The notes under the pieces: model-generated
What the model saw: only the letters and a program-made list of their open reading frames with translations
What the model was told of the DNA's origin: nothing
Database searches by the model: none
Assembly: GCA_963668315.1 (NCBI GenBank)
Contig: OY764216.1
Span: forward strand, 3,648,001-3,712,000
Origin: Spirochaetia bacterium
GTDB lineage: Bacteria; Spirochaetota; Spirochaetia; DSM-2461
Length of the DNA stretch: 64,000 nt
Reading direction: 5' to 3'
Made by a program: the position numbers and the translations under genes
Shown here: in pieces, positions 1-10,034 of the stretch
Layout of the letters: every line of letters starts with the position of its first letter
Position numbering within the stretch: position 1 is the stretch's first letter

Positions 1-453
1 TTTAACATCCCATCCGGCCAGCATGAGGGGCAGCCAGTAGCGGTCATCCTCCCACATCCTGTCATAGGGGATTTCCTGTTCGTCAATCCAGAAGGGATCG
101 GCCTCTTCGGTCGCTCCCATTTCCCCCCGGTAATCTTCCGCCACAAAGACGTGTCCCTTCAGCTTATAACCATCGGTAAACTGAAAATAGAGTTCGGCCT
201 TCTTGACGAGCTTCTCGGGAGTGACAAGAACTTCCTCTTCCGTTTCACGAATTGCCCCTTCGAGAGGGGTCTCCCCCGGTTCAATCCGGCCGCCCGGGGC
301 ATTGATCAGTCCCGTGCCCATGCCGGTCTTCTTGGTCATAAGCAGAAGCTTTCCCCCTTTCCTGATAAAGCACAATGTGGCTTCCTCCGTAGGAATCCAG
401 GCCTGCCAGTCAAGGGAATTGATATCGGAGGGTATGTAATCAGAGGATTTCAT
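1..453 (-). CDS. NUDIX hydrolase, 8-oxo-dGTP diphosphatase (MTH1-like), 3' end truncated by window edge
   Basis: Not in the ORF track. Manual translation of the minus strand from ATG 453: MKSSDYIPS...WIPTEEATLCFIRKGEKLLL...NAPGGRIEPGETPLEGAIRETEEEV (Nudix box)...IPYDRMWEDDRYWLPLML. Confidence 0.88.
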   Translation of the reverse strand, partial: MKSSDYIPSDINSLDWQAWIPTEEATLCFIRKGGKLLLMTKKTGMGTGLINAPGGRIEPGETPLEGAIRETEEEVLVTPEKLVKKAELYFQFTDGYKLKGHVFVAEDYRGEMGATEEADPFWIDEQEIPYDRMWEDDRYWLPLMLAGWDVK

Positions 454-1480
454 AGGCCCTTCTCAGAAGTTCTTCCGTCTTTTCCCAGCCGATGCACTCA
501 TCGGTTATGGATACGCCGTATTTCAATTTACTCCGGTCGTCGCACAGGGGCTGGTTCCCCCCGTTGATATTGCTTTCAAGCATGAAGCCCTTAATGGCGT
601 CCATACCCCGTATTCTTTGGTCGAGAACGTTATTCAGCACTCTTTCCTGCCTGTCGGCCTTCTTTCCCGAATTGGAATGGCTGCAGTCAACGATGATCGC
701 CGGATTAATATCATGGGAGACCATCATTTCACGGGCATCTTCCATGAATTCCACATAGTAATTCGGCCCCCGGTCTCCCCCGCGCATAATCAGGTGCCCG
801 TATTTGTTCCCCCTTGTCTTTAATACGGAGGTCAATCCTTTTTCATCGATCCCGATAAAACTGTGGGGATGGCGGGACGATCTTATGGCATTGATGGCCT
901 TCTCGAAACTCCCGTCCGTGCTGTTCTTGAATCCCACGGGCATGGAAAGGCCGCTGGTGAGTTCGCGGTGTGTCTGTGACTCTGTGGTTCTGGCTCCGAT
1001 AGCCGCCCAGGAGATCAATCCCGAGATATACTGGGGAATGATGGGGTCGAGAATTTCCGAGCCGACGGGAAGATCCATTTTGTTGATCTCTATCATGATT
1101 TCCCGGGCGATTTTGAGGCCTTCTCCAATCTGATAGCTTCCGTCGATATGGGGATCGACAATCAGTCCTCTCCATCCGATGGTGGTGCGGGGTTTTTCAA
1201 AATAGACCCGCATAATCAGGTAGAGCTTGTCGGAAAGGTCTTTTTTCAATCGGGAAAGCCTTTCTCCGTAATCGAGGGCGGATTTTTTATCGTAAATGGA
1301 GCAGGGACCGACAATGGCGAGCATCCGCTTATCTTCACCTTTCAGAATTTTCTCTATTTCTTCCCTGTATCTGATAATGGAGTCCTTTCCCCCTTCAGAG
1401 AGGGGCTGAGCCGCTCTGAAGTCCTCCGGGGAGATAAGGGGTGAAACTTCTTTTATGTTAATATCATCTAATCTTTTCAT
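440..1480 (-). CDS. aroG: 3-deoxy-7-phosphoheptulonate (DAHP) synthase, class I alpha
   Basis: Motifs GPCSI, RVYFEKPRTTIGWRG, IGARTTESQTHRE, DCSHSNS, SITDEC. Start moved to MKRLDD (1480), 6 nt after TATGAT. Confidence 0.93.
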   Translation of the reverse strand: MKRLDDINIKEVSPLISPEDFRAAQPLSEGGKDSIIRYREEIEKILKGEDKRMLAIVGPCSIYDKKSALDYGERLSRLKKDLSDKLYLIMRVYFEKPRTTIGWRGLIVDPHIDGSYQIGEGLKIAREIMIEINKMDLPVGSEILDPIIPQYISGLISWAAIGARTTESQTHRELTSGLSMPVGFKNSTDGSFEKAINAIRSSRHPHSFIGIDEKGLTSVLKTRGNKYGHLIMRGGDRGPNYYVEFMEDAREMMVSHDINPAIIVDCSHSNSGKKADRQERVLNNVLDQRIRGMDAIKGFMLESNINGGNQPLCDDRSKLKYGVSITDECIGWEKTEELLRRAYEIL

Positions 1481-1574
1481 GGGTTTATCATAAAGCAAAG
1501 ATAGGGTAAGGTAAATAGGATATCTTCCCCGCAATTACTCTTAATGGATGGTGAAAATGACCGATAATGGAATT

Positions 1575-2606
1575 ATGAAAAGGTTTATTTCTGGTATAAT
1601 ATTTTTTACAGCGGGTATTCTTCTTTTTTCAGAAGAATATGTCAGCACCCTACTCTACTCCCAGGTACTTTTCGAAGATCGCGGAACCAACCCGGTCGTA
1701 GTCACCGACGACAGAGGCTGGGTGGATATCGGCAAGGCCGATCTGGGTGATTTTTTCCGCGTTCCCGTTTCAGACAGCGAAAGCATCCGCAAATGGCGAG
1801 TTGTGGTGAAATATCTTGATGAAAACCGCACGGGACAGACAACTCTGCAGATTCGCCTCAGGGGCGAAGGGTATACGACTCTTTTTACCCTGCCCTGGAA
1901 TAATATCAGCTCCGTTCCCTCCGAACAGGAGAGCAACTGGTACATGGCGGACCGCATGAACCCCCAGAATTTTCTGAGTGTCTGCAGCGCCAGACTTATC
2001 ACTCCTCCCGGAACGGTGGAACCGGGGAAGATCTACAAAATAACCCTGGAAGCCTGGGATTTTAACAAGGCCGAAGAGAGGAAGACCTACTCCTATAACG
2101 ACACCCTGCTTGCCAGTTCACGGCTGCTCTCTCCTCTCGGGCAGCAGCAGCCCCACGAGATAGGCCAGGAGCCTTTAAAGGGAGATGATCCCTACTCATC
2201 GGTAAAAGCCGAAGAGTTCGCCCTGGAGTTTGTGGAAGCGTCCCTCTACGGAGACCTCCCTTCCTTCTACCGTGCCCTTGACAATGAAATCCATACCTTG
2301 TCCGATGGCCAGCGGCACAGTAAATTCATCATCAATCCCCCGGAAGGTGTGAATTCGGCCTGGTCCATGGAAGACTATAAAAGGGATTACGAGTACCGCA
2401 TCTATTCCTATGATGAATATGCCGCCCTCTTTCCCGAATGGTTCGCCGACGACCGCAGCTGGACGCCGGACAGACGCTGTTTCCTCTTCATGGGAAACAA
2501 AGTGAAAGAGGGAAGCTTTCCCTTCTTCTCCCAGGAAGACCTTCTCGTTTTCATGGTGAGACGGCAGGAATCGGGCTGGAAGGTTATCGCCCGTCCTCAG
2601 ATCTAG
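1575..2606 (+). CDS. Hypothetical exported protein
   Basis: Long ORF; MKRFISGIIFFTAGILLFS looks like a signal peptide; no recognised family. Confidence 0.7.
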   Translation: MKRFISGIIFFTAGILLFSEEYVSTLLYSQVLFEDRGTNPVVVTDDRGWVDIGKADLGDFFRVPVSDSESIRKWRVVVKYLDENRTGQTTLQIRLRGEGYTTLFTLPWNNISSVPSEQESNWYMADRMNPQNFLSVCSARLITPPGTVEPGKIYKITLEAWDFNKAEERKTYSYNDTLLASSRLLSPLGQQQPHEIGQEPLKGDDPYSSVKAEEFALEFVEASLYGDLPSFYRALDNEIHTLSDGQRHSKFIINPPEGVNSAWSMEDYKRDYEYRIYSYDEYAALFPEWFADDRSWTPDRRCFLFMGNKVKEGSFPFFSQEDLLVFMVRRQESGWKVIARPQI

Positions 2607-3466
2607 TCTTTTTCATCGCCTTTGACTTTACGCTCTTCGCCGGGTCTCTCCAGGGAGATCCGGCCGATCTTTCCTTCCCTCAATTCCTTCAGCAAAAGAA
2701 AACAGGTCTTTTCCCTGTCCACAACTCCGCCGGATACCAGGCATCCTCTCTTTTTTCCCAGCTCTTCAATGAAATCCTGCGGATCCTCAGGAACGGTCTC
2801 CCATTTGTAACGTTCCCTCAGTTCCTTGTCATAGCGCAGACATAAATAGGGCACCGTAAATAGGGCTATCCTTTCGATGGGCAGAATCGTATCCTTTATG
2901 GAGCCGAGGGCCGCCAGATTGAATCCGGAATGCATATCTTCGAATTTGGGCCAGAGCATTCCCGGCGTGTCGAAAATCTGAAGACCCTTTCCCGCGTCAA
3001 AACGTTGCATTTCCTTGGTAAAACCGGGCATATTGGCCACACCGGCCTTTCTCTTTCCCGCCAGAGCATTAATCAAAGTAGATTTTCCCACATTGGGAAT
3101 CCCGAGAATCATGGCTCTAACCGGCCGCCTGTCAATCCACCGGGCACCCCGGCAGAGATCCCTCGCCGCAGGGGAGATGCGGGAAAGGGTCTTCCTGTTC
3201 TGGGCCGACACGGCCAGGGGAAGGGTGTCTCCCTCCTCCTTGAAGTACTCAAGCCAGAGCTTCGTGGCCGTCGGATCGGCCAGATCCTCCTTGTTCAGAA
3301 GTATAATCCTTTTCTTCTGGGCCGTAATCTTCTTGAGCAGGGGGTTTCTGCTGCTCAGGGGAACACGGGCGTCCAGTATCTCTATTATGATATCGACCTT
3401 CTTGAGATTCTCTTTTATCTCTCGGCTTGCTTTGGTCATATGACCGGGGAACCACTGTACTTGCAT
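2603..3466 (-). CDS. rbgA: Ribosome biogenesis GTPase YlqF/RbgA
   Basis: QWFPGHM N-terminus; circularly permuted GTPase motifs NKED, GIPNVGKST, DTPG. Confidence 0.95.
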   Translation of the reverse strand: MQVQWFPGHMTKASREIKENLKKVDIIIEILDARVPLSSRNPLLKKITAQKKRIILLNKEDLADPTATKLWLEYFKEEGDTLPLAVSAQNRKTLSRISPAARDLCRGARWIDRRPVRAMILGIPNVGKSTLINALAGKRKAGVANMPGFTKEMQRFDAGKGLQIFDTPGMLWPKFEDMHSGFNLAALGSIKDTILPIERIALFTVPYLCLRYDKELRERYKWETVPEDPQDFIEELGKKRGCLVSGGVVDREKTCFLLLKELREGKIGRISLERPGEERKVKGDEKD

Positions 3467-3469
3467 GGG

Positions 3470-4300
3470 CTATGCTCCTTGATTGCTCAGACTGAAATGG
3501 GGTAATTCAGACGATGGGATTTCTTTATTTTTTTCCATATCAATCCCCATAACGGGCTCCCCCCGGGGACAGACAGACCAGGGGACATCCCCTTTATACA
3601 GTCCGGAAACCTCTTCTTTGACTTTCTCCACGGTATTGTTATTTTTTGAGAGGTGGCAAAGATGAATATATTGGAGAGAACAGGGAACGGACGAAGTTAT
3701 CTCCAGCATGAAACGGGCGGCGTCTTCGTTGGAAAGATGGCCCCGGGACGATGCGATGCGTTTCTTCAGATGGGGGGGATAGGGCCCTTCGGACAGCATG
3801 ACGGGAGAGTAGTTAGCCTCGAGGAACAGTAGATGGGAATCCCGGGCGTAACGGAACATGTCTTCGGTGATCTTTCCCGTATCGGTGATCAGGGTAAAAC
3901 GGAAATCGTCCAGATCAAAATGAAATCCCAGGGAATGGGGAGAATCGTGGCTGGCACGGAAGGGAGTAAATTTCAAATGGCGGAATTCATACTCCCTGTT
4001 CTCCTCCACATCGAGCTTTTTAAATATCCCCTTCTCTCCCAGCTCCTCCATCCCATGATCCTTATGGGCCACCACGGGAATCTGATACTTGCGTGACAGT
4101 CTCTCCACTCCTTTAAGGTGGTCCGAATGGAGGTGGGTTAAAAAAATGAAATCGATTTTCCCCGGATGGAAGCCGAAAGAGATACACCTCTCCTCAAACC
4201 GGCGGCAGCTTAGCCCGTTATCAATAACGAAGCATAAACCGTCCTTTTCGAAAATATAGGAGTTGGCGCATGATCCGGAGGAGAGGATAGCGTATCTCAT
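3470..4300 (-). CDS. MBL-fold metallo-hydrolase (YycJ/WalJ-like)
   Basis: LSSGSCANS, THLHSDH, TDTG, EANY, GHLSN, CHLS. Start MRYAIL overlaps the upstream stop (ATGA). Confidence 0.88.
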   Translation of the reverse strand: MRYAILSSGSCANSYIFEKDGLCFVIDNGLSCRRFEERCISFGFHPGKIDFIFLTHLHSDHLKGVERLSRKYQIPVVAHKDHGMEELGEKGIFKKLDVEENREYEFRHLKFTPFRASHDSPHSLGFHFDLDDFRFTLITDTGKITEDMFRYARDSHLLFLEANYSPVMLSEGPYPPHLKKRIASSRGHLSNEDAARFMLEITSSVPCSLQYIHLCHLSKNNNTVEKVKEEVSGLYKGDVPWSVCPRGEPVMGIDMEKNKEIPSSELPHFSLSNQGA

Positions 4301-4638
4301 GAACGGGAAAGGATTTCCTTCCACTGATCGGGGACAAACCCGAGCGTAATATCCTTGTCCAGACGTATGACGGGTGTCTTAAGGAGAAGATTGTTCTCCA
4401 TTACCTCTTCACGGGGATCGTAGTCCATATAAGCATATCCCTTCTCCTTATACAGATTCGATTCCCTGTCAATTATATTATCACGACCGGCTTTCTGAAT
4501 AATCTTATCCAGCTCGCCGGGACTCAATTCTCTCTCGTTCAGGTCGACAAAATGGAATTTTACCCCTCTTTCCTTAAAGAACATCTGGGCTTTTTTGGTA
4601 TCCCGGCATTTTTTCGTACCGATTATCTGAATATTCAT
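4297..4638 (-). CDS. ArsC/Spx-family thioredoxin-fold protein
   Basis: IQIIGTKKCRDTKKAQMFFKERG...LLKTPVIR. Confidence 0.85.
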   Translation of the reverse strand: MNIQIIGTKKCRDTKKAQMFFKERGVKFHFVDLNERELSPGELDKIIQKAGRDNIIDRESNLYKEKGYAYMDYDPREEVMENNLLLKTPVIRLDKDITLGFVPDQWKEILSRS

Positions 4639-4750
4639 GGAAGCATAATAGCATATTCGAACCTATTGCCCAACCCTCGTATCACAGGTAAGATAACTTC
4701 CAGCCGGTCCCTTTATGAGAAGGGCCGGTCATACTACCAAGGAGCTGAAT

Positions 4751-5095
4751 ATGGAAGAGACAATCTTTGATAAGATTCTATCCGGCGATATTCCTTCGGA
4801 CAAGGTTTACGAGGATGAAGATGTGCTGGCCTTCAGGGATGTGAGCCCCCAGGCCCCTGTCCATGTACTGGTCATTCCCAAGAGAAAGGCCTCCTCCTTT
4901 CCCGAACTGATCGAAAGATCTCCCGAGGAAGTGGGGCTTTTCTTTCAGAAAACCGCCATTGTCGCCGGGAAGCTGGGACTGGAAGAGAATGGGTACCGTA
5001 TTGTGGTGAACAACGGAAAACACGGACAGCAGACCGTAGCCTATCTTCACGCCCACATTCTGGGGGGGAGACAGATGAACTGGCCTCCGGGCTGA
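4751..5095 (+). CDS. hinT: Histidine triad (HIT) nucleotide-binding protein
   Basis: TIFDKI, PQAPVHVLVIPK, YLHAHILGGRQMNWPPG (first His of HxHxH is Tyr); RBS AAGGAG upstream. Confidence 0.9.
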   Translation: MEETIFDKILSGDIPSDKVYEDEDVLAFRDVSPQAPVHVLVIPKRKASSFPELIERSPEEVGLFFQKTAIVAGKLGLEENGYRIVVNNGKHGQQTVAYLHAHILGGRQMNWPPG

Positions 5096-5141
5096 TAGAA
5101 TTTTTTCTTCAATTCTTCCGGATTGAAGATTCATCTTCGGG

Positions 5142-5171
5142 TTGACAACAGCCACTATACATACGTATAGT
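5142..5171 (+). promoter_or_regulatory. sigma70 promoter of dinB overlapped by palindrome ACTATAC-N4-GTATAGT
   Basis: TTGACA (5142-5147), 18 nt spacer, TATAGT (5166-5171); perfect 7-bp inverted repeat 5154-5160/5165-5171. Confidence 0.7.
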
Positions 5172-5178
5172 ATTCTAT

Positions 5179-6255
5179 GTGAGGAAGATTATTCACATAG
5201 ACATGGACGCTTTTTTCGCCTCGATTGAGCAGAGAAACAATCCTGCCCTGAAAGGAAAACCGGTCATTGTGTCCGGCCCTCCCCAGTCGCGCAGCGTTGT
5301 CAGTACCTGCTCTTACGAGGCGAGAAAGTTCGGAGTCCATTCCGCCATGCCTGCCAGCCATGCCTACCGTCTCTGTCCCCAGGGGATATTCGTCCCTCCC
5401 CACTTTTCCGAGTACAAAGAAGCATCACGCATAATCCAGGAGATATTCCACGAGTATACCGATATTGTGGAGCCCCTTTCCTTAGATGAAGCCTATCTCG
5501 ATGTGACGGATAATAAAAAAAATATCCGATCATCCACCCTGATCGCCCGGGAAATAAAAAGAAAAATAAAAGAAAGGACCGAGCTGACCTCCTCGGGGGG
5601 AGTCTCCTATAACAAATTCCTTGCGAAAATTGCCTCCGACTGGGAAAAACCGAACGGTCTTACCGTCATCACCCCCAGAAGGTCCGTCCGCTTTCTGGAG
5701 GAGCTGCCCATCGGGAAATTCTGGGGAATCGGTAAAAAAACCGAAGAACATATGAAGGAACTGGGCATAGAGAAAGGGCGGGATCTGAAAAAATACGAGA
5801 AATGGGAGCTGATCGAAATATTCGGAAAATCCGGGGCCTATTATTACGAAGTGGTGAGAGGAGTCGATGACCGCCCCGTCCAGCCGGAGAGGATCCGAAA
5901 AAGTATCGGCAGGGAAGAAACCTTTTCCCGGGATATACTGGAAAAAAACGAGATAATCGATATTCTTAATACCATCGCCGAAGATCTGGAAAAAACTCTC
6001 AAACGTTATGAAACGGGAGGAAAAACGGTCACACTGAAAGTGAAATATCACGATTTCCAATCCATAACCAGAAGCCGCTCACTCCCCGACGCCGTACAGA
6101 CCCGGACGGACCTGATAAACCAGGCACTGATCCTTATGGAGAAAACAGAGATCGGCATTCGCCCCATCCGGCTCATCGGGCTCTCGGTCACCTCTTTAAC
6201 CGGCTCGGCCTTCCGGGACGGGGATGATCAACTGGACCTTTTTACCCTCTGCTGA
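5179..6255 (+). CDS. dinB: DNA polymerase IV
   Basis: IIHIDMDAFFASIEQ, CSYEARKFGVHSAM, SLDEAYLD, KFLAKIASD; C-terminal QLDLF clamp-binding motif; GTG start. Confidence 0.96.
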   Translation: MRKIIHIDMDAFFASIEQRNNPALKGKPVIVSGPPQSRSVVSTCSYEARKFGVHSAMPASHAYRLCPQGIFVPPHFSEYKEASRIIQEIFHEYTDIVEPLSLDEAYLDVTDNKKNIRSSTLIAREIKRKIKERTELTSSGGVSYNKFLAKIASDWEKPNGLTVITPRRSVRFLEELPIGKFWGIGKKTEEHMKELGIEKGRDLKKYEKWELIEIFGKSGAYYYEVVRGVDDRPVQPERIRKSIGREETFSRDILEKNEIIDILNTIAEDLEKTLKRYETGGKTVTLKVKYHDFQSITRSRSLPDAVQTRTDLINQALILMEKTEIGIRPIRLIGLSVTSLTGSAFRDGDDQLDLFTLC

Positions 6256-6782
6256 TACCAGAACCACGCCTGAACCATGATGGCGCTTTTCATGTTATCA
6301 CACCCCATCTGGTCATTGATCTCTTCTTCGGAAAGAGAGAAAAAGGAGATTCGTTCATGTTCATCCAGCTGCTGATCGCTGATCTGCTCCAGACCTTCCG
6401 CCAGAAAGGTATATGAGGTATTCGACATAAAAGCGGGATTTGGGTTAATGTCTCCGATCAGGGTGATCTTTTCTGCCACATAGCCCGTCTCTTCCTCCAG
6501 TTCCCGTCTTGCCGCCTCCACGGGCTCTTCACCTCTGTCTATCACACCGGCCGGGAATTCATCGGAAAGGGACGCGCTGCCGTGGCGGTATTGGCGTACC
6601 ATGAGGAAACGGCCGTCTGGCAGAACGGGGATCACGGTAACCCAGTCGGGAGGAAACAGTTTGAGAAACCGCCCTTCGGCCCCGTCATGGGAAATGCTTT
6701 TTACGGTAACCATATCAAATAAAGGGCCGCTGCTTCTGTCCACTTCCTCTATTTCACGCCACATCAATTCATCATCGTTCAT
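6228..6782 (-). CDS. NUDIX hydrolase, ADP-ribose pyrophosphatase-like
   Basis: MVRQYRHG, EFPAGVIDRGEEPVEAARRELEEETGY. Confidence 0.88.
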   Translation of the reverse strand: MNDDELMWREIEEVDRSSGPLFDMVTVKSISHDGAEGRFLKLFPPDWVTVIPVLPDGRFLMVRQYRHGSASLSDEFPAGVIDRGEEPVEAARRELEEETGYVAEKITLIGDINPNPAFMSNTSYTFLAEGLEQISDQQLDEHERISFFSLSEEEINDQMGCDNMKSAIMVQAWFWYQQRVKRSS

Positions 6783-6785
6783 AGT

Positions 6786-7817
6786 TTACTCCCTAGGATA
6801 ACGTCCAATATCACCCTTCTCATTTCTGAAATAATAATACGATTCGTCCTCTCTGACCAGATCTCCCTTTTCGAGATTCACCTTTCCCCCGCCCCCGGGG
6901 AGATCAAGACTGAACCGGGGCAGAGCCAGGTGGGACAGACTTCGTGAAAGTTCTTCATATAGGACAAGCGCCCGGTCAAGGGGAACGCGGAAATGGGCTG
7001 TTCCGGAGGCCATATCGCCCTGAAATAGGTAATAGGGCTTTATTCCCCGCTCGATAAGGGAATAGGAAAGATTTTTCTGTACTTCCACCGAATCGTTCAC
7101 TCCCTTGAGAAGGACGGCCTGGTTCAGCATAGGTATCCCCAGAAGAGAGATTTTTCTGACAAGTTTATCAAAGGAAGGACTCATCTCATCGGGATGATTG
7201 ATCTGAAGGACCATCCAGAGAGCCTTCTGCCTGGAAAGAAGCTCAAGATAATCGTCCCTCACTTCCTCGGGAGCGGCAACGGGCAGACGGGTCCCCACTC
7301 TTTTTACCAGGGGACGTCCAATCCGGTTGAACCCTTCAAAAAGAGTGGAGAGGGTTTTCAGAGGAGCCATCAGACTGTCCCCTCCGGACAGGATGATCTC
7401 ATGAACCTCCTGATGGGCGGAAAGATAGGAAAGGATCGACGCGATCTGTTCCCCTGTCAGTCCCTTTCCCTTGCTTGTGAAATGCCGCCTGAAACAGTGC
7501 CGGCAGTACATGGCGCACTTATCGGTGACAAGAATGAGCGCCCTGTCGTGATAGTGATGGATCAGTCCTTCGCAGGGGGAATGGCTTTTATCCCCCAGGG
7601 GATCGTCCAGTTCGTTTTCCCTTACATCGAGTTCGTATATCCGGGGGATGGCCTGGAGGCGGAGCGGATCATTCGCACCGTTTATCCGCTCGGCCCAATT
7701 CCGGCTCACCCTCAAAGGGAGGGATCTCTCATTTTGCTCAAAATAGGAGCGCTCCTCGTCGGTCAGTTCGATAAATTGCTCAAGCTGTTTGCGGGTAGTC
7801 ACAAAACGGGGTTTCAT
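6786..7817 (-). CDS. KamA-family radical SAM protein (lysine 2,3-aminomutase / EpmB-like)
   Basis: CAMYCRHCFRR, SGGD, NQAVLLKGVND, PYYLFQ, PGGGGK. Confidence 0.9.
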   Translation of the reverse strand: MKPRFVTTRKQLEQFIELTDEERSYFEQNERSLPLRVSRNWAERINGANDPLRLQAIPRIYELDVRENELDDPLGDKSHSPCEGLIHHYHDRALILVTDKCAMYCRHCFRRHFTSKGKGLTGEQIASILSYLSAHQEVHEIILSGGDSLMAPLKTLSTLFEGFNRIGRPLVKRVGTRLPVAAPEEVRDDYLELLSRQKALWMVLQINHPDEMSPSFDKLVRKISLLGIPMLNQAVLLKGVNDSVEVQKNLSYSLIERGIKPYYLFQGDMASGTAHFRVPLDRALVLYEELSRSLSHLALPRFSLDLPGGGGKVNLEKGDLVREDESYYYFRNEKGDIGRYPRE

Positions 7818-7888
7818 ATCTCACATAATAGTCTATTCTTGACTTTTGATAAAGCAATGGATACATTAAACCCTTAAGGGAGTATGCC

Positions 7889-8791
7889 ATGGACATGTCA
7901 CTGGAAAACATCACGAAGGATGTACTGGATTCATATAAAAAAGTGGGAGGAATAAACCATCTTTCCGGATCTTCTCTTCCTTCCAGAGAAAGTGTTCAGA
8001 ATCTGATGATCACCTTCGAAAGCCTTCTCTTTCCCGGTTTTCAATCGGAAGAACTTCTTGATTCCGATTATATAACATTCACGGTAGGCAATAAGCTTCA
8101 CCAGCTGGCCTCCTCCCTGACGATTGAGATTGCCAAAAGTTTAAAATTCCGCTGCCTCCAAAAGGAAGTCATATGTGAAAAGGACTGCCGAAAGGAGGCC
8201 TCTTCCATGGCTTGCCGCCTCTTGAACACCATTCCCTCCCTTCGGGAAATGGCGCTGAAAGACGTGAGCAGCGCCTTGAAAGGAGATCCGGCGGCAAAAA
8301 CCCATGAGGAGATAATTCTCTCCTATCCGGGACTGGAAGCCATTGCCATTCACCGTTTTGCTCATGAAATGTACAAATTGGATATTCCCCTGATTCCCCG
8401 GATGATGAGTGAGCAGGTCCACAGGAATACGGGAATTGACATACATCCCGGAGCCCAGATCGGGGAAAACTTTTTTATTGACCACGGAACCGGCGTTGTC
8501 ATTGGAGAAACGGCCGTGATCGGCCATAATGTGAAAATATATCAGGGAGTAACCATCGGGGCTCTCAGCGTCAAAAAGGAACTGGCCAATCAGAAGCGCC
8601 ATCCTACCATTGAAGATGACGTTACGATCTACGCCGGAGCAACGATCCTGGGAGGGGAAACGATTATCGGAAGGGGAACCACCATAGGCGGTAATGTCTG
8701 GATAACCGATTCCATACCGAAGGAAAGCGTTGTCTACAGCCTTCCTCCGGAAAATATTATCAAGCAGAGGAAACAGTCTATTGTTTTTTAG
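7889..8791 (+). CDS. cysE: Serine O-acetyltransferase
   Basis: GDPAA, YPG, TGIDIHPGAQIG, DHGTGVVIGETA, KRHPT; hexapeptide repeats. Confidence 0.9.
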   Translation: MDMSLENITKDVLDSYKKVGGINHLSGSSLPSRESVQNLMITFESLLFPGFQSEELLDSDYITFTVGNKLHQLASSLTIEIAKSLKFRCLQKEVICEKDCRKEASSMACRLLNTIPSLREMALKDVSSALKGDPAAKTHEEIILSYPGLEAIAIHRFAHEMYKLDIPLIPRMMSEQVHRNTGIDIHPGAQIGENFFIDHGTGVVIGETAVIGHNVKIYQGVTIGALSVKKELANQKRHPTIEDDVTIYAGATILGGETIIGRGTTIGGNVWITDSIPKESVVYSLPPENIIKQRKQSIVF

Positions 8792-9438
8792 TCGGCGATG
8801 ACGGTCTTGGTAACGCTGTCCGTGTAGAGAGTGACATCTTCGATCTCTTCCAGGGACAGCAGTTTTGATTTAAAGGCTTCCGCCTCATTCTTCTGGGAAA
8901 ATGCCCCCACACGAACGCGGTAGTAAAGGGTACCGTCCACGGTGCGTGTCTGCATGACCGAATCAATTCCCTTTTCCTTAAGAGAGGTACGAAGCTTATC
9001 GGCACTCACCGAATTGGGGAATGATCCAACCTGGAGCCAGTAGATGGGCTCGGTAACTTCTTTGTATGTAACGGTCTTCACCGGTTCGGCGGGTTTAACC
9101 ACAGCGGCGGGCTGCTGAACGGGAGCGGGGATTTCCTTCTCTTCCGGTTCAGGCTCCATGGTGATGACGATCCCCGATTCTTTCTCTTCTTCTATGATCA
9201 GAGGAGTCTCCTCCCCTTTCTGCAGGCTGTCAATCAGGAGATCTTCCGCTTTCTTCTCTGGTAGACCCGTTGCTTCCCCGCTGTTCAGGGATGACAGGGC
9301 CAACTGGGGCTTCTCCTGCGTATCCATGTTATCCATGGGATTAAAAAAGGCCACCCAGCCGATTAAAACAATAATGGCGAGAGCTCCTAAAGCTGTCAGC
9401 AATATCATCAGTGTATTCTTGCCTTTGTTATCATCCAT
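8788..9438 (-). CDS. SPOR-domain membrane-anchored protein
   Basis: N-terminal TM helix, acidic/Pro linker, YWLQVGSF...YYRVRVGAF SPOR motifs; start coupled to coaE stop (TAATG). Confidence 0.88.
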   Translation of the reverse strand: MDDNKGKNTLMILLTALGALAIIVLIGWVAFFNPMDNMDTQEKPQLALSSLNSGEATGLPEKKAEDLLIDSLQKGEETPLIIEEEKESGIVITMEPEPEEKEIPAPVQQPAAVVKPAEPVKTVTYKEVTEPIYWLQVGSFPNSVSADKLRTSLKEKGIDSVMQTRTVDGTLYYRVRVGAFSQKNEAEAFKSKLLSLEEIEDVTLYTDSVTKTVIAD

Positions 9439-10034
9439 TATTTCGTCTCTCCTCTCATAATCCAACGGCTGTACATTTTCTCCGATCTCTTAATGAGACG
9501 GCGGAGACTTAGTCCGTTGTATACCTTATAAATATCGACATGAGGAGGAAATTGTTGAGGATTGAATTCCCTTTGGGAACGAAATCTTTTCAAGATATTG
9601 GAAAGACTTCTTCTATCCCTTTTCCACGCTCTTACCAGCCGCAGCCAGAAGGGCGATTCCATCCAGATCAGACCGTCGATGATATCGGTTATACGGCTTT
9701 TGTGAAGGGCGGCTCCGTTGACGACTATCAGCCGGCCGGGATTCTCCTTAATGGTATCATCCACGACATTCTCTATCCGGGGATGGATAAAAGCCTCCAG
9801 CACGGCCAGTCTTTCGGGATCTGCAAAGACATAGGAAGAGAGAGCGACCCTGTTCATTCCGCCCCTTTCATTAAGCAGATTCATACCGAACAATTCACCC
9901 AGTTCAGAGGCATACCTATCCAAAAGGTGGTGAGTGGTTTTATCCAGATCCATATGGAGAGCCCCCTTATTCTCGAGAAACTCCCCCATCCTGTTTTTAC
10001 CGGAACAGGATTTTCCGGCCAGGCCCACCACCAT
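9438..10034 (-). CDS. coaE: Dephospho-CoA kinase
   Basis: VVGLAGKSCSGKN P-loop, LEAFIHP; follows polA. Confidence 0.88.
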   Translation of the reverse strand: MVVGLAGKSCSGKNRMGEFLENKGALHMDLDKTTHHLLDRYASELGELFGMNLLNERGGMNRVALSSYVFADPERLAVLEAFIHPRIENVVDDTIKENPGRLIVVNGAALHKSRITDIIDGLIWMESPFWLRLVRAWKRDRRSLSNILKRFRSQREFNPQQFPPHVDIYKVYNGLSLRRLIKRSEKMYSRWIMRGETK

